Source: an uncultured Actinomycetota bacterium
GTDB taxonomy: Bacteria > Actinomycetota > Actinomycetes > Propionibacteriales > Nocardioidaceae
Assembly (NCBI GenBank): GCA_963761285.1
Contig: CAVXGJ010000008.1
Span: forward strand, 86,062 to 150,061
DNA length: 64,000 nt
Direction: 5' to 3'
The position numbers and the translations under genes were made by a program. Below the pieces are notes generated by a model. That model was not told the origin of the DNA, did no database searches, and worked only from the letters and a program-made list of their open reading frames with translations. Positions within the stretch are counted from its first letter, which is position 1. Every line of letters starts with the position of its first letter. Below are positions 18,727-28,141 of the stretch, in pieces.

Positions 18727-19215
18727 TCAGCCAGTGCTCGCGCGATAGACCACCCAGGCCAGCACGACCAGCAGGGTGACGGCGATCGCGACCATGCCGA
18801 GCAGCACGAAGTGATCGCGACCAAGGGCGTCCGAGGACTGCTCGGCGACGTGGCGTCGGTGGCGTGTGCGGGCCTGTTCCTCCGACTCCTGCGGCGTCTG
18901 GCCGCTCACCGCGATCTCCCAGTCGCAGGCGCACACGATCGAGCGGCGCCACGCGAAGCCCTCACGGACCGCGCCGCCCAGCGTGGCGACATGGCCGTGC
19001 GCGGGGGCCCGTGCGACCCGCGAGACGTAGTCGTGCTGATCGGGGTGGGCGTCGGCGAAGTGGTTGGCCTGGGCGCGCTCGGCCACCCGGGTGGCCATCT
19101 GCGTGGTGGCAGCCGCGGTCGTGAGTCGCCAGCCGCACGAGCACGAGCAGGTGGTCTCGTGACGTCCCGCGGCGGTGGTTGCGGTGACGACGTCGATCTC
19201 GAAGGGCGTCCGCAC
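18727..19215 (-). CDS. Hypothetical protein with two CxCxW...H-x3/4-H modules and a C-terminal TM helix
   Basis: RBS AAGGAAAGGA before GTG; CSCSCGW...HFADAH and CACDW...HRRH. Confidence 0.7.
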   Translation of the reverse strand: MRTPFEIDVVTATTAAGRHETTCSCSCGWRLTTAAATTQMATRVAERAQANHFADAHPDQHDYVSRVARAPAHGHVATLGGAVREGFAWRRSIVCACDWEIAVSGQTPQESEEQARTRHRRHVAEQSSDALGRDHFVLLGMVAIAVTLLVVLAWVVYRASTG

Positions 19216-19238
19216 GACGGTCCTTTCCTTTCTCTGGA

Positions 19239-19523
19239 TCAGGGCTGGTGGCGTTCGGGGTCGCCGGTGATGCCCAGGGCGCGAGCGGTCCGACTGATGA
19301 GGATCAGGCCGAGGAAGAGGCAGGCCACCGCACCGAGCGAGGCCACGGCGAGCAGCAACCAGGCGGTGCCGTTCCCGCCACGAGCCTCCTTGCCGAAGTC
19401 GATGGCGGCGAGGACCAGGTAGGCCCACGCGACGACCGACAGGGTCACCCCGAGCGCGAGCGCAAGCAGGACAGGGCGAAAGGTGCGCTTGCGCCGCGCG
19501 CCGACACGTTTGCCCTGAGCCAC
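19239..19523 (-). CDS. Small two-TM membrane protein
   Basis: Basic N-terminus, two hydrophobic helices, AAIDFG...G..W motif. Confidence 0.7.
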   Translation of the reverse strand: MAQGKRVGARRKRTFRPVLLALALGVTLSVVAWAYLVLAAIDFGKEARGGNGTAWLLLAVASLGAVACLFLGLILISRTARALGITGDPERHQP

Positions 19524-19658
19524 GCCCACATTCTCGCCGACCCGCCAAGAAGACGGCGACACGCCGCTCCGAGAGGCGGTGTTCGAGGCACTTCTCGCGG
19601 CTGACCTGCGACTTTACGAAGCCTGTGTTCTCGGTCTCACTCAAGTGGCCGGACGCTC

Positions 19659-19733
19659 TTGCGTCGTCACGACACCGGGCGTAGGGTCACCACTACATCT
19701 AGTAGTTACACGGATGTAGTTATCCACATCTAG
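19659..19733 (+). promoter_or_regulatory. nrdRJ promoter with tandem NrdR boxes
   Basis: TTGCGT-N17-TAGGGT; cores CTACATCTAG (19693) and CCACATCTAG (19724) 31 bp apart, matching acaCwAtATaTwGtgt. Confidence 0.85.
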
Positions 19734-19803
19734 TCCACAGATCGCGGCGGATGGCTAACAGATAGCTCGAGGTTCTCCACAGGGAGAGCCTCGGTCGTCC
19801 ACA
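19720..19803 (+). promoter_or_regulatory. DnaA box (perfect) plus three degenerate boxes in the nrdR leader
   Basis: TTATCCACA 19720; TAGTCCACA 19731; TTCTCCACA 19773; TCGTCCACA 19795. Confidence 0.6.
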
Positions 19804-19841
19804 GCCTGCCACGGTCTTCAGCGCGCGAAGGAGGCCCGCCA

Positions 19842-20372
19842 ATGCACTGTCCCTACTGCCGGGCCACCGACACCCGGGTGCTCGACTCCCGGGTCGCCGA
19901 CGACGGCGGCTCGATCCGGCGCCGTCGGATGTGCTCGGCTTGCGAACGACGCTTCACCACCGTCGAGCTCATGCAGCTGACGATCCTGAAGCGCTCGGGC
20001 GCCAGCGAGCCGTTCACCCGCGAGAAGGCCGTTGCGGGGGTCCGCAAGGCCTGCAAGGGCCGCCCGGTCACCGAGGACCAGCTCGCCCGCCTCGGTCAGG
20101 ACGTCGAGGACGCCCTGCGTCTGGCCGGCGCCGCCGAGATCGCTGCCCACGAGGTGGGCCTGGCGATCCTCGGTCCGCTGCGCGACCTCGACGAGGTCGC
20201 CTACCTCCGCTTCGCCAGCGTTTATCGCGCCTTCGAGAGCGCCGACGACTTCATTGCCGAGATCGCCGAGATGCACGCGGCTCCGAGCGCCCCGTCGGAG
20301 GTTGAGCAGCGAGCGCCAGCGAGCGTCGACGAAACCCCGCATGTCGCTCGCGTCCCCGTCAGCACCGGCTGA
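19842..20372 (+). CDS. nrdR: Ribonucleotide reductase repressor NrdR
   Basis: MHCPYC...[15 protein letters not shown] zinc ribbon; ATP cone [10 protein letters not shown]. Confidence 0.97.
   Translation: MHCPYCRATDTRVLDSRVADDGGSIRRRRMCSACERRFTTVELMQLTILKRSGASEPFTREKAVAGVRKACKGRPVTEDQLARLGQDVEDALRLAGAAEIAAHEVGLAILGPLRDLDEVAYLRFASVYRAFESADDFIAEIAEMHAAPSAPSEVEQRAPASVDETPHVARVPVSTG
20300..20336 (+). repeat. REP-like 37-bp repeat inside the nrdR C-terminal extension
   Basis: GGTTGAGCAGCGAGCGCCAGCGAGCGTCGACGAAACC; 33/37 identical to 23231-23267. Confidence 0.7.
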
Positions 20373-20381
20373 CCCAAAGAC

Positions 20382-20417
20382 CGCCCGGCAGGTAGTGGGG
20401 AAGCTGCCTGCCGGGCG
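20382..20417 (+). other. 14-bp RNA stem-loop in the nrdR-nrdJ spacer
   Basis: CGCCCGGCAGGTAG-TGGGGAAG-CTGCCTGCCGGGCG (one G-U pair). Confidence 0.7.
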
Positions 20418-20552
20418 CACCATCGTTCGTGTTCTCCCCCCAGCACGACCTGCACCACCCGCACCACCGGTGGACCGACGACTGTCGGCGGCCACCGCTT
20501 GACTCATATCTGCGCCAGCGCACAGCACCGGGACCACCCAGAGGAGACCCCC

Positions 20553-23453
20553 ATGACCGAGACCGTCAGCGGCACCGAGAGCACCACGAGCAGCGGTGGC
20601 GGAGGGCTCACCCTCGAACGGGTCTTCAGCACCCCTGGGGTCCACCCCTACGACGAGCTCACCTGGGAGCGTCGCGACGTCGTGCAGACCAACTGGAAGA
20701 CCGGCGCGTCCGTCTTCGAGCAGCGTGGAGTCGAGTACCCCACCACGTGGTCGGTCAACGCCTCGACGATCGTGACGACGAAGTACTTCCGCGGCGCGGT
20801 CGGGACCGACGTACGCGAGTGGAGCCTGAAGCAGCTCATCGACCGGATCGTGAAGACCTACACCAAGGCCGGCGCCGACCACGGCTACTTCGCCACCCCC
20901 GGCGACGCCGAGGTCTTCGAGCACGAGCTGACCTGGCTGCTGGTCAACCAGTACTTCTCCTTCAACTCCCCGGTCTGGTTCAACGTCGGTACGTCGTCGC
21001 CGCAGCAGGTCTCGGCCTGCTTCATCCTCTCGGTCGACGACTCGATGGACTCCATCCTCAACTGGTACAAGGAGGAGGGCTTCATCTTCAAGGGCGGCTC
21101 CGGCGCCGGCCTCAACCTCTCGCGCATCCGCTCCTCCAAGGAGCTCCTCTCCTCCGGTGGCACCGCCTCGGGCCCGGTCTCGTTCATGCGCGGCGCCGAC
21201 GCCTCGGCCGGCACCATCAAGTCCGGTGGCGCCACGCGCCGCGCGGCGAAGATGGTCGTGCTCGATGTCGATCACCCCGACATCGAGGAGTTCGTGATGA
21301 CCAAGGCCAAGGAAGAGGACAAGATCCGCGCCCTGCGCGACGCCGGCTTCGACATGGACCTCGGCGGCCACGACATCACCTCGGTCCAGTACCAGAACGC
21401 CAACAACTCGGTCCGCGTCTCCGACGAGTTCATGCGCGCCGTCGAGGACGGCACCGACTTCGCCCTGCGCGGTCGCAAGAACGGCGAGGAGATCGAGCGC
21501 GTCGACGCTCGCGAGCTGTTCCGCAAGATCAGCGAGGCCGCCTGGGCCTGCGCCGACCCGGGCCTGCAGTACGACGACACGATCAACGACTGGCACACCA
21601 ACCCCGAGACGGGCCGCATCACCGCGTCCAACCCGTGCTCCGAGTACATGTCGCTCGACAACTCCTCGTGCAACCTCGCCTCGCTCAACCTGCTGAAGTT
21701 CCTCAAGGACGACGACACCTTCGACGCCCCGCTGTTCGCCAAGGCCGTCGAGTTCATCATCACCGCGATGGACATCTCGATCTGCTTCGCCGACTTCCCG
21801 ACCGAGCCGATCGCCGAGACCACCCGCGACTACCGCCAGCTCGGCATCGGCTACGCCAACCTCGGCGCGCTGCTGATGGCCATGGGCCTGGGCTACGACT
21901 CCGACGGCGGCCGCGCGATGGCCGCGACCATCACCTCGCTGATGACCGGCCAGTCCTACAAGCGCTCGGCCGAGCTCGCCGCGATCGTCGGCCCCTACGC
22001 CGGCTACGCCCGCAACGCCGAGGCCCACAAGCGGGTCATGCGCAAGCACCAGGCGGCCAACGACACGATCCGCACCCTCGCGATCGCCGACAGCCAGGTG
22101 CACAAGCTCGCCACCCAGGCGTGGGCCGACGTGCAGAAGATCGGTGAGGCCAACGGCTTCCGCAACGCCCAGGCCTCGGTGCTCGCCCCGACCGGGACCA
22201 TCGGCTTCATGATGGACTGCGACACCACCGGCATCGAGCCGGACTTCTCGCTGGTCAAGTTCAAGAAGCTCGTCGGCGGCGGCTCGATGCAGATCGTCAA
22301 CCAGACGATCCCGCGTGCGCTGAAGAAGATGGGCTACCAGCCCGAGCAGGTCGAGGCGATCGTCGCCCACATCGCCGAGCACGGTCACGTCATCGACGCC
22401 CCGGGTCTGCGCACCGAGCACTACGAGGTCTTCGACACCGCCATGGGCGCGCGCTCGCTCAAGGCCATGGGCCACGTGCGGATGATGGGTGCCTGCCAGC
22501 CGTTCCTCTCGGGGGCCATCTCCAAGACGGTCAACCTGCCCGAGTCGGCCACGGTCGAGGAGGTCGAGGACGTCTACCTGCAGAGCTGGAAGCTCGGTCT
22601 GAAGGCGACCGCCATCTACCGCGATTCATGCAAGGTGGGCCAGCCCCTCTCGAGCGGCAAGGGCGACAACAAGGGTCAGGACTCCAACGCCAAGGTGGTC
22701 GAGCCCGGCGACGAAGGAGCCGGTGTCGAGACCAAGGTCATCGAGAAGATCGTCTACGCCCCGACCCGCAAGCGTCTGCCCAAGTCGCGCGCCTCGCGCA
22801 CCACGTCGTTCACCGTCGGCGGCGCCGAGGGCTACATGACCTCCGGTGCCCACGACGACGGCCAGCTCGGCGAGGTCTTCCTCAAGCTCGGCAAGCAGGG
22901 CTCGACCCTGGCCGGCGTGATGGATGCCTTCTCGATCGCCGTCTCCATCGGCCTGCAGTACGGCGTCCCGCTCGAGACCTACGTCGCGAAGTTCACCAAC
23001 CTGCGCTTCGAGCCCGCCGGCCTCACCGACGACCCGGACGTCCGGATGGCCCAGAGCCTGATGGACTACGTCTGGCGCCGCCTGGCCCTGGACTACCTGC
23101 CCTTCGAGGAGCGGGCCGCCATGGGCATCTACTCGGCCGGCGAGCGCCAGCGCCACCTCGAGACCGGCTCCTACGAGCTGATCGTCGAGGAGACCGGCTC
23201 CGCCTCCGAGCTCGTCGACGGCACCCCGGTGGCTGAGCAGCGAGCGCAAGCGAGCGTCGACGACGCCCCGGTCACGGCGGTCGTTGTCGAGACCGTGGAG
23301 CCCCGCAAGGCCCACACCTCCGCCGAGCTCCTCGAGCAGCTCACCGGCACCGCCGTCGACAGCCCGCTCTGCATGACCTGCGGCACCAAGATGCGCCCCG
23401 CCGGGTCCTGCTACGTGTGTGAGGGCTGCGGAAGCACCAGCGGCTGCAGCTGA
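20553..23453 (+). CDS. nrdJ: Vitamin B12-dependent class II ribonucleotide reductase
   Basis: FSFNSPVWFN, VSACF, ASNPCSEY, SCNL, APTGTI, GAISKTVN, C-terminal CxxC...CxxCG...GCS; RBS GAGGAG. Confidence 0.97.
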   Translation: MTETVSGTESTTSSGGGGLTLERVFSTPGVHPYDELTWERRDVVQTNWKTGASVFEQRGVEYPTTWSVNASTIVTTKYFRGAVGTDVREWSLKQLIDRIVKTYTKAGADHGYFATPGDAEVFEHELTWLLVNQYFSFNSPVWFNVGTSSPQQVSACFILSVDDSMDSILNWYKEEGFIFKGGSGAGLNLSRIRSSKELLSSGGTASGPVSFMRGADASAGTIKSGGATRRAAKMVVLDVDHPDIEEFVMTKAKEEDKIRALRDAGFDMDLGGHDITSVQYQNANNSVRVSDEFMRAVEDGTDFALRGRKNGEEIERVDARELFRKISEAAWACADPGLQYDDTINDWHTNPETGRITASNPCSEYMSLDNSSCNLASLNLLKFLKDDDTFDAPLFAKAVEFIITAMDISICFADFPTEPIAETTRDYRQLGIGYANLGALLMAMGLGYDSDGGRAMAATITSLMTGQSYKRSAELAAIVGPYAGYARNAEAHKRVMRKHQAANDTIRTLAIADSQVHKLATQAWADVQKIGEANGFRNAQASVLAPTGTIGFMMDCDTTGIEPDFSLVKFKKLVGGGSMQIVNQTIPRALKKMGYQPEQVEAIVAHIAEHGHVIDAPGLRTEHYEVFDTAMGARSLKAMGHVRMMGACQPFLSGAISKTVNLPESATVEEVEDVYLQSWKLGLKATAIYRDSCKVGQPLSSGKGDNKGQDSNAKVVEPGDEGAGVETKVIEKIVYAPTRKRLPKSRASRTTSFTVGGAEGYMTSGAHDDGQLGEVFLKLGKQGSTLAGVMDAFSIAVSIGLQYGVPLETYVAKFTNLRFEPAGLTDDPDVRMAQSLMDYVWRRLALDYLPFEERAAMGIYSAGERQRHLETGSYELIVEETGSASELVDGTPVAEQRAQASVDDAPVTAVVVETVEPRKAHTSAELLEQLTGTAVDSPLCMTCGTKMRPAGSCYVCEGCGSTSGCS
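23231..23267 (+). repeat. Second REP-like copy, inside the nrdJ linker
   Basis: GGCTGAGCAGCGAGCGCAAGCGAGCGTCGACGACGCC, same reading frame as the nrdR copy. Confidence 0.7.
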
Positions 23454-23483
23454 CATCAGCTAGCAACGCGGGCGCCGGGCCTC

Positions 23484-24005
23484 TTGTCCGGTCCCTGCCT
23501 CGTGCCTTCCGCTAGTCTCCTGCGCAATACCAAACAGATCTACGAGTCCTTCGGGCCGCTAGCGCCGAGTCGCATGGTCCCTCGCGGAGGCGACGGGGCG
23601 GCCGTGCGCTTCGTCGCGAGCAGTGTCGACGACGCGCTCGCGACAGCCGATGAACAGATCGACCTGTTGCTGGACGAGGGCTGGAAGGGTGGCAACATCT
23701 GTCTGATCACCACCGGTCACCGCCACCCAGTGCAGATCGAGCGGACCACCTTCCACGATCAGGAGGGCTACTGGAAGACGTTCTGGGACGACGATGACGT
23801 GTTCTACGGCCACGTCCTCGGTTGCAAGGGACTCGAGCGGCCGGTGGTGGTGCTGTGCGTCAACGATGACGGTGAGCGCGACCGTGCCCGCGAGCGGCTG
23901 TACGTCGGGATGTCGCGCGCTACCGACGTGCTCGTGGTCGTTGGCGACCCCGAGGTGATTCGGCGGGTGGGTGGCGACGACGTCGCGCGGCGGCTCGGGA
24001 TCTGA
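23484..24005 (+). pseudogene. 5'-truncated SF1-like helicase fragment (C-terminal UvrD-like part only)
   Basis: Starts at LRNTKQI; has KGLE and LYVGMSRA motifs but no Walker A/B and no RBS. Confidence 0.65.
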
Positions 24006-24091
24006 AGCCGCAGCGACTTCTTGCTTCTCGCGCCCGCACCGACCGGATCTCGCTCTAGCCTTCTGCTTCCCCCACATCTCGGAGATCCCCC

Positions 24092-25059
24092 ATGGCCGGA
24101 GAATCGGCAGAAACAGTCGCGCGCCGACAGCGCGAGAAGGCAGCCAGACTCGAACGTTCAGCTGAGCTCTGGCAACGCGGCGCGGACGGAGAGCGGGCAA
24201 CTGCCGCCGCACTCGACGCGTTGCCTCGTCAGTACTGGACTGTGCTGCACGACGTGGCCTGGCCAGGTCGCCCGCGCGCCAATATCGACCACGTCGCCGT
24301 GGGGCCGCCTGGCGTGTTCGTCATCGACTCCAAGAACTGGTCGGGCGCGGTCACTCTCGGCTCGGGAGTACTTCGACAATCCGGGCGGAGCCGCGCGTCT
24401 TCGGTCGCCGGGGTGGAAGAGGCAGCGCGAGCGGTGGCGGGGCTGCTGCTGCCGACTGGCGCCGCCGTGACTCGCGGCGTCCTGTGTCTCACCGGTGAGG
24501 CGCAGGTGTCAGGCACGGCGGGAGCCGTTGTCGTCTGCTCGGTCGGGGACCTTTCCGGCTACCTGCTGCGCCTGCCGCCGACAGTCCACGAAGCGTCCTT
24601 CCCGGCCTCGCGGAAGAGGTGAAGCGTCGACTCGAGCCTGCGGACGCAAGGACACCGGCCCCGTTCGCAGCCGGAGCTCCGACCGCCCCGGTGCCGGCGC
24701 CGACTGCGACGCTGCCAGCCGGTGACCGCAGTCGATCAGCGCGGGGCTCGAGTCGTTCGCCCGCCTCCCGCGCAACGGGGTCGAGCCGGGGCAAGTCGTC
24801 TGGCGTCTCCTGGGCACGCTTCCTCAAACCCGCTGCCGGCCTCGCCCTCGCGCTAGTCATGATCACCCAGCCGCAGATCATCACCGGAATCGCGAACGGC
24901 TTCTCCAGCCTGTTCGTCTCTCAGCTCGTCCCGGAGATTCAGACCCCGCCTCCAGTCGAGCCGAGCAGCGGTGGGGACATCAGCGAGACAGACAAAGAAG
25001 GAGCGCAGGAAGGAAAGGCGAGCTCAGCGCGAGGCCGGCTAGTCGTGCAGACCAGCTAA
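24092..25059 (+). CDS. NERD nuclease-related protein with C-terminal TM (frameshift near 24595)
   Basis: GADGE, LHDV, NIDHVAVGPPGVFVIDSKNW; the second frame reads VLPGLAEEVKRRLEP continuously. Confidence 0.75.
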
Positions 25060-25065
25060 CGCCGC

Positions 25066-25120
25066 TTATCCACAGATCCCTTGAACCCTCTGGCGCGAAG
25101 AGCTCCTCCGGTAGCAATCT
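25066..25120 (+). promoter_or_regulatory. DnaA-box-type motif plus -10 (leaderless)
   Basis: TTATCCACAGAT 25066; CAATCT 25115; ATG 25127. Confidence 0.65.
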
Positions 25121-25126
25121 CGTGGC

Positions 25127-26409
25127 ATGCCTTCATCTCGGAAACGGCGCAACCGCACCTCACGCCCCCACGCCACCACGACCGCCAACACCCCGCCAAC
25201 GAGGAGTGCCTCGACCTCAGCGGCCCGGAGTTCAACGCTCAGATCGACGAGCTCATGACCCCGGCCGACGTCGCCGCCTTCGGTGACTACGTCGACGCCG
25301 AGGCCGTCGGAGATCCGGTGCTGGCTGCCGAGTGCTTTCGCCGAGGCCTTCACATCCAGGGCACGCCGCACCTCCCGCATCTCGCTGACCTGATCGACCT
25401 GGGCGACGACGCCCCATCGTGGGCGCTCGCGCGTTGGGCTTCTCTCCAGGCCTACCGCTGGATGCTGCACGAGCGAGACCCGCGAACGGACAACGCAGTG
25501 ATCACCACGATGCTCGCGTGCTACCCGGACGTCGACCTCGACCGCCCTCTGGGGCTGAGCTTCACCGAGTTTGGCACTCGACTCGCCTCCGGGGACTGGA
25601 TCACCCGCCAGATCGCCGTCTACGAGGCCGACGGTCTGGCCGACTTCCTCGACGTCAAGATCGGCGACGGGCTGCTTGCCCGGTGCGGTCCGCTCGCCAC
25701 TTGGCCGGAAAGCGAGCTCGGTGGCTATCGGCTGCGGCCGGGGCGTGACGGGTTTCTCGACGTACGCGACCTCCGAGATGGCAGCAGGCTCCAGGTCCTC
25801 GACATCGGCGCTCTCAACGATCGCTCGCCGGGCTGCACAGTGCTGGGCAGGGTGGTGCCGATCGACGTCGAGCCGGGCTACCTCTTTGAGTCTCGTCCGA
25901 TCGACGTCGATGACGAGACTGCGCTCGGCGTTGCCCGGGCAGATGGCCCGGAGGAGTGGCTGCCCGTGCTTGACGAGGGACGCCGGTCGGGGCGGCTCCC
26001 ACTGTTCTTCAGCCGCAACGAGGCCACCCCGCTGACCAGCGACCTGGTGCCTCGGGACGGCTGGGGGCAGACGTGCTCGCACGACCTCGAACCCTCAGCG
26101 CGTTCGATGCCGCAGGCGCCAGGACTCCTCGACCTTCAGGACCAGGGGTTGGACTCGCTGCGGGCCAACAACATCGGCGTGTGCGACGTCGCGTTGATGG
26201 CGATCGAGGTCGCGCCCGACGCAGCGTCGACAGTTGCCAACCACGTGCAGGCGGTGCTGGTCGACCGCGCGACGTTCGAGGCGGCGAAGGTGCACCGCAC
26301 CCGACCCGAGCACGCCGAGGGATGGGCCGTCCTTGCGGGAGCAGTGCCGGAGCCGGTGCGTTCGCGCTGCCTCGAGCTGGCCGCCCTGAGTCGCCGGGAC
26401 GCTGCCTGA
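25127..26409 (+). CDS. Uncharacterised protein, paralogue A (frameshift in C-run near 25165)
   Basis: MPSSRKRRNRTSR start matches the basic N-termini of B and C; shared motifs DWITRQ, GGYRL, LDIG, LGRVVP, FESRP. Confidence 0.75.
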
Positions 26410-26465
26410 GCCAGCATCAGAGGACAGCCCGCTGGGTGCCTTGGCCTTCGTGCGAAAGTTCCCGC

Positions 26466-27000
26466 ATGGAGGTGCTGCCCGCCATCGTCGGCGACGACCC
26501 GGTCATCGTGTTCTGCGGGTTGGCCGGCGCCGAGAGCATCAAGAGTCGCGAGCACTACTACGCCTCGCCCGGCAACAGCTTCTGGCAGTCGCTGCACCTT
26601 TCGGGACTCACCCCGCGACAGCTGCGCCCCGATGAGGACGAGCAGATCGTGGAGCACGGCTTCGGCCTGACCGATCTCGTCGGCCACTGGGACCACGCAA
26701 CGGATCGCGGGTGGGTCGACATCGATCGGCTCGTGGCCGCAGGTCGAGCAGTGGGAGCCGGCGTTCGTCGCCTTCACGTCGAAGGGAGCGGCTGCGAAAG
26801 CCGCGAAGGCGCTCGGTCATCGGGCGCCAGGGCTCGGACTCGCGGGCTGGGGCATCGCGCGCTCGGAGGTGTTCGTGCTGCCCGGCACCAGCGGCGCCAA
26901 CCAGCGCCACGACTACGACGGGCGACCGACGCGGCTGGCGTGGTGGCAGGACCTGGCGATGATCGCCGCACCGGAGCTCGGCGCACGACGTACGGAGTGA
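26466..27000 (+). CDS. mug: Mismatch-specific uracil/thymine DNA glycosylase (Mug/TDG family; frameshift near 26740)
   Basis: VFCGLAG, HYYASPGNSFW, GFGLTDL, then FTSK...VLPGTSGAN in the next frame. Confidence 0.8.
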
Positions 27001-27028
27001 TGTCCCCGGTCGCACCTATTCTCGGCGC

Positions 27029-28075
27029 ATGCCCGCCGCGACTCACCTGCCTCTCAGCCCTGCTGCCCTCGATCGCGCCCACGGCGTCCTGCTCGCCACG
27101 GCTGCCGGCGACGCCCTCGGCGTGCCCTACGAGTTCGCCACCCCGCCCGCGCCCGGCGTCCTCGCCGAGATGACCGGCGGCGGACTGGGCAACTTCGCGC
27201 CGGGGGAGTGGAGCGACGACACCTCGATGGCGGTGGCGATCGCCGAGGTCGCGGCCACCGGAGCCGACCTGACGGACCCCCGAGGCGCTCGACGCCATCG
27301 CCGACGGCTTCCTGCGCTGGTACGACGGCGGCCCGGCCGACATCGGGATCCAGACGCAGCTCGGTGCTGGGCGCGACCCGGCGGCGGCTGGATGCGGGGG
27401 AGACGCCACGCGGGGCAGGTGATGGCGCAGGAGGCGCTCGCCTACGCCCGCGACCACCCGCACTCGGCCGGCAACGGCGCGCTGATGCGCACCGCCCCGG
27501 TCGCCCTCGCCCACCTGCACGACCGCGACGCTCTCGCCCAGGCGGCGCGCCTGGTCGCGGCCCTCACCCACGCCGACCCGCTCGCCGGGGACTCGTGCGT
27601 GCTCTGGTGCGAGGCGATCCGGGTCGCGGTGCTCGAGGAGCGGCTCGACGTGCGCGCCGGCCTGGACCTCGCTCGACGACGCCGCCCGCGCGCAGTGGAC
27701 TGGGTGGCTCGACGACGCGCTGCGAGCGCCGTCGACGGAGCCGTCCCCGGGGCACGGTTCAACCCCAACGGGTTCACCGTCACCGCCCTCCAGGCCGCCG
27801 TCGCCGCGATCACCGGCACGCCGGTCCCGAGCGACCAACCAGACCACCACCTCCAGGACGCGCTGCACAACGCCGTCCGCATCGGCAACGACACCGACAC
27901 CGTCGCCGCCATCGCCGGTGGGCTGCTCGGCGCCCGTTGGGGTGCCGCCGCGGTGCCTGGCGCCTGGCGTCGTGCCGTGCACGGCTGGCCCGGCCTGACC
28001 GGCGACGATCTGCTCACCCTCGCCGACCGTACGGTGGGCGAACGAGCCGGTTCGCGTACCCACCCGGAGCGCTGA
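27029..28075 (+). CDS. ADP-ribosylglycohydrolase (DraG/ARH family; internal compensating frameshifts)
   Basis: GDALG, WSDDT, GNGALMRTAP, THAD, GNDTDTVAAIAG. Confidence 0.88.
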   Translation: MPAATHLPLSPAALDRAHGVLLATAAGDALGVPYEFATPPAPGVLAEMTGGGLGNFAPGEWSDDTSMAVAIAEVAATGADLTDPRGARRHRRRLPALVRRRPGRHRDPDAARCWARPGGGWMRGRRHAGQVMAQEALAYARDHPHSAGNGALMRTAPVALAHLHDRDALAQAARLVAALTHADPLAGDSCVLWCEAIRVAVLEERLDVRAGLDLARRRRPRAVDWVARRRAASAVDGAVPGARFNPNGFTVTALQAAVAAITGTPVPSDQPDHHLQDALHNAVRIGNDTDTVAAIAGGLLGARWGAAAVPGAWRRAVHGWPGLTGDDLLTLADRTVGERAGSRTHPER

Positions 28076-28080
28076 CCCGG

Positions 28081-28135
28081 GTTATCCACAGATCGCTTCG
28101 ACCCCCTCGCAACGGCCGCCGAGGCGGCGCAGGCT
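28081..28135 (+). promoter_or_regulatory. DnaA-box-type motif plus -10 (leaderless)
   Basis: GTTATCCACAGATCGCTTCG 28081; CAGGCT 28130; ATG 28142. Confidence 0.7.
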
Positions 28136-28141
28136 CGGGTC

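Noticed and set aside
20373-20552. Cobalamin riboswitch upstream of nrdJ
   Set aside because: I could not find the conserved B12-element features; only one hairpin is present.
19818-22475. Long antisense or shadow ORFs (also 9156-11153, 14394-16412, 58747-60624, 41545-43779 and most other track entries)
   Set aside because: They overlap well-supported genes and have no motifs; this is expected from stop-codon scarcity in high-GC DNA.
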